A program made the translations under genes and the position numbers. This document shows, piece after piece, positions 58,298 through 64,000 of a stretch of DNA of 64,000 bases; within the stretch, counting starts at the first letter, position 1, and each line of letters opens with the position of its first letter. The DNA is taken from assembly GCA_951406725.2 (NCBI GenBank), contig OX597840.1, positions 3,534,001 through 3,598,000 on the forward strand. Direction: 5' to 3'. The notes beneath the pieces are model-generated. The model was not told the origin of the DNA and did not search any database. It was given only the letters and a program-made list of their open reading frames with translations. This DNA comes from Octopus vulgaris (Eukaryota).

Positions 58298-58987
58298 TAC
58301 TCTCTTTTACTTGTTTCAGTCATTTGACTGCGGCCATGCTGAAGCACCGCCTTTAGTCGAGCAAATCGACCCCGGGACTTATTCTTTGTAAGCCCAGTAC
58401 TTATTCTATCGGTCTCTTTTGCCGAACCGCTAAGTAACGGAGACATAAGCACACCAGCATCGGTTGTCAAGCAATGCTAGGGGGACAAACACAGACACAG
58501 ACACACACACACGCACACATATATATATATACATATATACGACGGGCTTCTTTCAGTTCCCGTCTACCAAATCCACTCACAAGGATTTGGTCGGCCCGGG
58601 GCTATAGTAGAAGAAACTTGCCCAAGGTGCCACGCAGTGGGACTGAACCCGGAACCATGTGGTTGGTAAGCAAGCTACTTACCACACAGCCACTCCTGCG
58701 CCTTTGTCGAACCGCTAGGTGACGGGGACGTAAACACACCAGCATCGGTTGTCAAGCAATGCTAGGGGGACAAACACAGACACACAAACACACACACGCA
58801 CACACATATATATATACATATATACGACGGGCTTCTTTCAGTTTCCGCCTACCAAATCCACTCACAAGGCTTTAGTCGGCCCGAGGCTATAGTAGAAGAC
58901 AGTTGCCCAAGGTGCCACGCAGTGGGACTGAACCCGGAACCATGTGGTTGGTAAACAAGCTACTTACCACACAGCCACTCCTGCGCC
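58298..58987 (-). mobile_element. SINE B partial dimer: full copy 58298-58702 plus tail-less copy 58703-58987
   Basis: Two CCACTCCTGCGCC heads, ending at 58702 and 58987. Confidence 0.9.
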
Positions 58988-59915
58988 TATATATTTTTAT
59001 TTTATTTTATTTTATTTTGTGTCATCTCCGTTTCTTATTACTATTCCATACACGTCTAACACTTCTTTCTTAAACATACGTACATTTAGTTCTACACCAG
59101 GTTATTAGACTTACAATATCTAAGCGAAATGGGTGAGTGTCTGTGTACATATATTAGAGGCTGTTTCCACGTATGTCTCTCCATATTTCTATCTGTTATA
59201 ATTCTGTACACACACACACACACACACACACACAACTTATATTACATTTATTCTTACAATAGTTTCTGTTGATCTTTCATTCTTTCCCGTAATGGCGACT
59301 ACGGTTGAGGTTAGTAGCAGTACCTTTCAACACGGTTTCCGGTTAATATATAATACACTTCCGGCGGCAGATATCATATTCACTATTCATTGTATTTTCA
59401 TCCGCTTTCTTTCTCTCTTTCTTTTTATCGTTTTAAACTTTTCCCTTTCTTCTCATCTCTCTCGCTACCATTCAAAGCTACCCTCTCTACCTCCATTATT
59501 TTGTGAGTACTTTCGATATATGATATACATCTGGTTTCATTCTTCATAATTTCGTTCTCTCTGTCGTTTCTTCGGCTTTCTCCTTCTTTTGCTTCTTCTT
59601 ATTTCCTTTTTCCTTCTTTATGATTTTTTTGCCTTCTCGCGCTTTTTACTGTTTATTTATATTTTCGGCCTAACCTCTTTCCTGTCTTATAAATGAACGA
59701 ACCTGTAAACCCAAACATATAAGTCACTTACACATACAAACACACACACGGATTCATGCATATATATACACACACACATACACATGCGCGCTCATATACT
59801 TAATTACAGGCATACACTCACATACATAGACATATGTCTATACAAATATACATACATAAATACATATTCATAACTATAGATATATATATACATATATATA
59901 CATATATATGTACAC

Positions 59916-59946
<31 letters not shown>

Positions 59947-60166
59947 CATATATATGTACACGTGTATATATATATATACGTGTATGCACAAATATACTAT
60001 CACACACTCATATCTACAAAAACGTACACACATGCACAAACACATAGACTCGAGTACACACATATCAATGCATACCTGCGTATACATACATGTGGATATT
60101 TGTATATATATGTGTGTGTGTGTATGTATATGCATGTATGTATATATGTATGAATATATAGATCAG

Positions 60167-60208
<42 letters not shown>

Positions 60209-60211
60209 TAC

Positions 60212-60242
<31 letters not shown>

Positions 60243-60360
60243 TATAAACATATATTGTTATATATATACATACAGTCATATGTATATTTACATACATATT
60301 CATATATATATATATATATATATATACCCACATACACATATGTATTTATATATGTATATG

Positions 60361-60453
<93 letters not shown>

Positions 60454-61230
60454 TAATATATATATAAACGTACACACTACACACACACAATCACACATAA
60501 ATACACACACACATCCATACACAAATATCCTCTTATTTGAATCCAATCTCCGGTTCTCTGATTCTGGAGAAAAATTAAACGAAGGGACGATTATCAATCC
60601 CTTTATTTCTCCATCCCCACCCAACCTGCAATGTGACCTACACTTTTTCACTATCCAAATGACGTCAGAACTGTCATCCTTTCCCGAATCCAGCATGCAC
60701 CACAGTCGCCACCCCTTGATGAAGCCCGCTAGATCAACAAGCTTTTAACAAGCTCTGCTGATACAACTTCCGCAAGACTTTTACTACTCCCGTGATCCTT
60801 TCACTACCAGCAACCTACCTCTCACTATACACACTGGTATTGTTAGTATATCTTATGCTTCTCATCCTCCACCACTAGTTCTCGCCTTACATAAATCGTC
60901 AAACTAGGGGAGAGAGGGACAGTGATAACAGAAAGAGCAAGTGGGAAAGATAAATATATACGTATGTGTATAGATAGAATGATAGACAGATAGATAGAAG
61001 AAAGACTGCCCTCCGGGCGGTTTACTGCTAGTTAAAGCTGAAGTGTGTATGTGTGTTCATATTACAGAGACAGTGTATGTGATTATATTAGAAAGACAGT
61101 GTGTGTTTGTGTGTGAGAGAGAGAGGTGGTGGAGATCATTACAAACAATGAATGAAATAAACATGAAATGAAAAATAGTATAAATAAGAGCTCGTTAAAA
61201 ACTATTTTGTACCGAATATTTAAATTTGTA

Positions 61231-61360
61231 AACATCATGCTCGGAATGGTCAGTGGCAAGAGAGGAAGAGGCCGACCAAGAACCCGCTGACTTGACACCA
61301 TCAGGAATGATACCGGAATGGACATAGCTAATCTGAAGGAAGCGGCCCAGGATAGAACTG
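61231..61360 (+). pseudogene. RTE-clade LINE C-terminal fragment
   Basis: NIMLGMVSGKRGRGRPRTR*LDTIRNDTGMDIANLKEAAQDRTD is a typical RTE C-terminus. Confidence 0.8.
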
Positions 61361-61482
61361 ATAGAATAAGTACTGGGCTTACAAAAGAATAACTCCCGGG
61401 GTCGAGTTGCTCGATTAAAGGCGGTGCTCCAGCATGGCCGCAGTCAAATGACAAACAAGTAAAAGAGTAAGGAGTAAAGAGA
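61359..61482 (+). mobile_element. SINE B 3' tail
   Basis: GATAGAATAAGTACTGGGCTTACAAAAGAATAA..GCGGTGCTCCAGCATGGCCGCAGTC. Confidence 0.85.
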
Positions 61483-62042
61483 GCGCTCCAAATAGCCATA
61501 GCAACAAAATCACATCTGAATTTTGTTTTTAAAACATTATACTGTTAAAAAATGTTATTTTATCAGAAATAAACCCCAATGTTATATCGCTATTTTGTAT
61601 AATAGCATTCATTCATTCAATAAATAATTTTTTTGTACATTACGTATATAGAATAAACTGTGGGTTTTGCAAATAGCGATAAAACTTGAAATGCAAATAT
61701 TGAAATAAATATATATTAAATTATCATTAATGAAAATAGAGGTGAGAGAGAGAGAGAGAGAGAAAGTGTTGCAAATGAAAACGGTAAATTTCACCTGCAA
61801 CGAATTAATAATGTTTATTAAATCTACTCTGCAGTGAATACAAGTAATATTTAAATTTGTGAAAAACTCGTAGTTCAAATATTCAATAACCTTCAGAAAT
61901 CTAAATTACAGGAAATTTCTTGGAAAATGAATTTATAAAAAATTTCCAGTCGGTCAAGCCTTTAATATTTGATTTCTTTTAGTAACAGTTATATACCTAA
62001 TTAATAAGCGGATTTCTCCATTATAATGTAGATGTAACTAAG

Positions 62043-62091
<49 letters not shown>

Positions 62092-62349
62092 TGTTATAGA
62101 AAACAGAAACAGAACATAGAGGTTGTATGCATTTTAGAAAATTCGATGGAGAACGTACAGTGGAATTGCCGTGGAATCTGGATAACCAAAACTTTCGGAC
62201 AGAAATTCTTGTTCACAGAAAAGTTAACAGGAATGAAGTTTAAGAAAAATTATAGTTTTATGTTCTCCATATTTGTGTGTGTGTGTGTGTCCCCGTCACC
62301 ATGTATGCATATATGTATGTAAATATATATATATGTATTTTCGCACATG

Positions 62350-62408
<59 letters not shown>

Positions 62409-62419
62409 TTTTGTACTTG

Positions 62420-62641
<222 letters not shown>

Positions 62642-62667
62642 TATATAATAAATATATATATATATAA

Positions 62668-62972
62668 AATAAAATACAAAATGGGACACAAACGCAAAAC
62701 ATCCGGACAACTAGGTGATACAAAAGGGGACAACAAAACATCCAGATAGACGATACAAAGAAAACAAGGATGGGTCATTCGAAGCTTTTTATCTTCAGTC
62801 TAGAACCGGATCATCCTCGCAATTTGGGTTGATTAATCTTGAGATTGCTCCAATCTGGCCAGCCCCAAGGAAAAACTAAGCTAAGAGCATTAGATTCCTT
62901 GGAAAAAAGCAACGAATGTATACGAAACAAGGACAGAAAAAACAGACGATGTTACACGAATATAAATACAAA
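62668..62972 (-). mobile_element. Repeat family E, copy 2, in (TA)n
   Basis: Homologous to 5737-5990; the terminal AATACAAAATGGGACA also occurs at about 27519 and 27603. Confidence 0.8.
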
Positions 62973-62983
62973 ATATATATATA

Positions 62984-63985
62984 TCAGGCTGAGTAAAAGG
63001 TAGGCAACGTTTTGAAACATGAAATTAATCATAATATATTTCAACAATGCAGAAATTTTATTCATTAAAGTAAGTACCATTACAATCAACACATTTTCGC
63101 CAACGAATTACAAGTTTGATTATTCCGTTAGCAAAAATCTGGAGTTCTGGAGCTGATGAACTCTTTGAACGCACTTGAAAAAGTGATAGTCGGTAGGAGA
63201 AAGGACTGGGGAATAAGCTGTGTGAAGAACTTCGTAGCCATGTTCCCTCAACTTTAGAAGCGTCATTAGTGAAACGTGTGAAGAATGATTGGGTGTCTTC
63301 GTTTTGAAGAACTAGGATTTAGGTAAGGTTTTCGGTGCTTCATTTTGGTCCAAGCACTCTGAAGAACGTTTTTCTATTATTGTACGGAATCCACTTTTCA
63401 TCGCAAGTTATGTATACCTCGAGAAATGGATCGTCTGATTATGGAGAAAGAGCGGCGCGCAAATTTCGTATCTGCGCATTTTCTGATTTTCATTCAAATC
63501 GTATGGTACCCATTTGTCGAATTTTTTGGATTTTCCAATCGCATGCAAATGGTTGCAGGCAGTTTTCTGGCTAACTTGAATTTCTTTTGCCTATTCTCGA
63601 ATGGTTTTACATGGTTCTTTCTCAATAACGGTCTTTAATTGACCGTCATCGATGACAGATGCGTGTCCACTATGCTCACCGCCTTCAAGGCTCGGGTCTC
63701 CACTGCGAAATCGTTTAAACCATTTTCAAGCTGACCACTCACTGGTCATTTCCTCACCAAACGTTTCGTTGATATCGCAAGCAATTTCAGCTGTTTTACG
63801 TCCTTTTTTGAAGTTGATTAGCAAAATTGCTCGAATATTTCGCTTTGACAGTTCCATTTCAGATGATTGTAACAACGGTGAAAAAAATATGAACGTTAAT
63901 TTATTGATGCATTTGGGCAACTTTGCAAAAATCTGCTACAAATTCTTCATGGTTTAAAACGTTGCTTACTTTTTACACAACCTGA
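62984..63985 (-). mobile_element. Mariner (Tc1/mariner) DNA transposon, internally deleted (~1.0 kb)
   Basis: Imperfect ~40-bp TIRs TCAGGCTGAGTAAAAGGTAGGCAACGTTTTGAAACATGAA and TCAGGTTGTGTAAAAAGTAAGCAACGTTTTAAACCATGAA; TA on both flanks. Confidence 0.93.
63058..63857 (-). pseudogene. Mariner transposase pseudogene
   Basis: MELSKRNIRAILLINFKKG.., KWVPY, TCDEKWIPYNNRKRS, YSPVLSPTDYHFF, IKLVIRWRKCVDCNGTYFNE*; premature stop at 63726 and the HDNA region is missing. Confidence 0.9.
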
Positions 63986-64000
63986 TATATAAAAACATAT

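Overview
Eukaryotic, AT-rich, repeat-saturated DNA with no credible protein-coding gene. Almost all ORFs in the track are translations of microsatellites: (TA)n, (CA)n, (AAT)n, (CAT)n, (TAGA)n, (TACA)n and (GAA)n. The microsatellite load and the SINE repertoire look like an octopus or other coleoid cephalopod intron or gene desert (inference). Real content: (1) about 30 copies or fragments of at least four tRNA-derived or SINE-like families, including two TSD-flanked head-to-tail SINE trimers; (2) decayed Tx1/L1-like, CR1/L2-like and RTE LINE fragments; (3) an internally deleted mariner with both TIRs; (4) three clear and one weak Penelope-like element (PLE) coding remnants (RT and GIY-YIG endonuclease); (5) short (TA)n-embedded non-coding elements carrying hammerhead-ribozyme-like motifs, several with a shared non-canonical CCGANGA core, one of them built into a 101-bp inverted repeat. 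The PLE/hammerhead/(TA)n system and the SINE multimers are the most interesting signals. All alignments and folds were done by eye, and family names A-H are labels for this window only.
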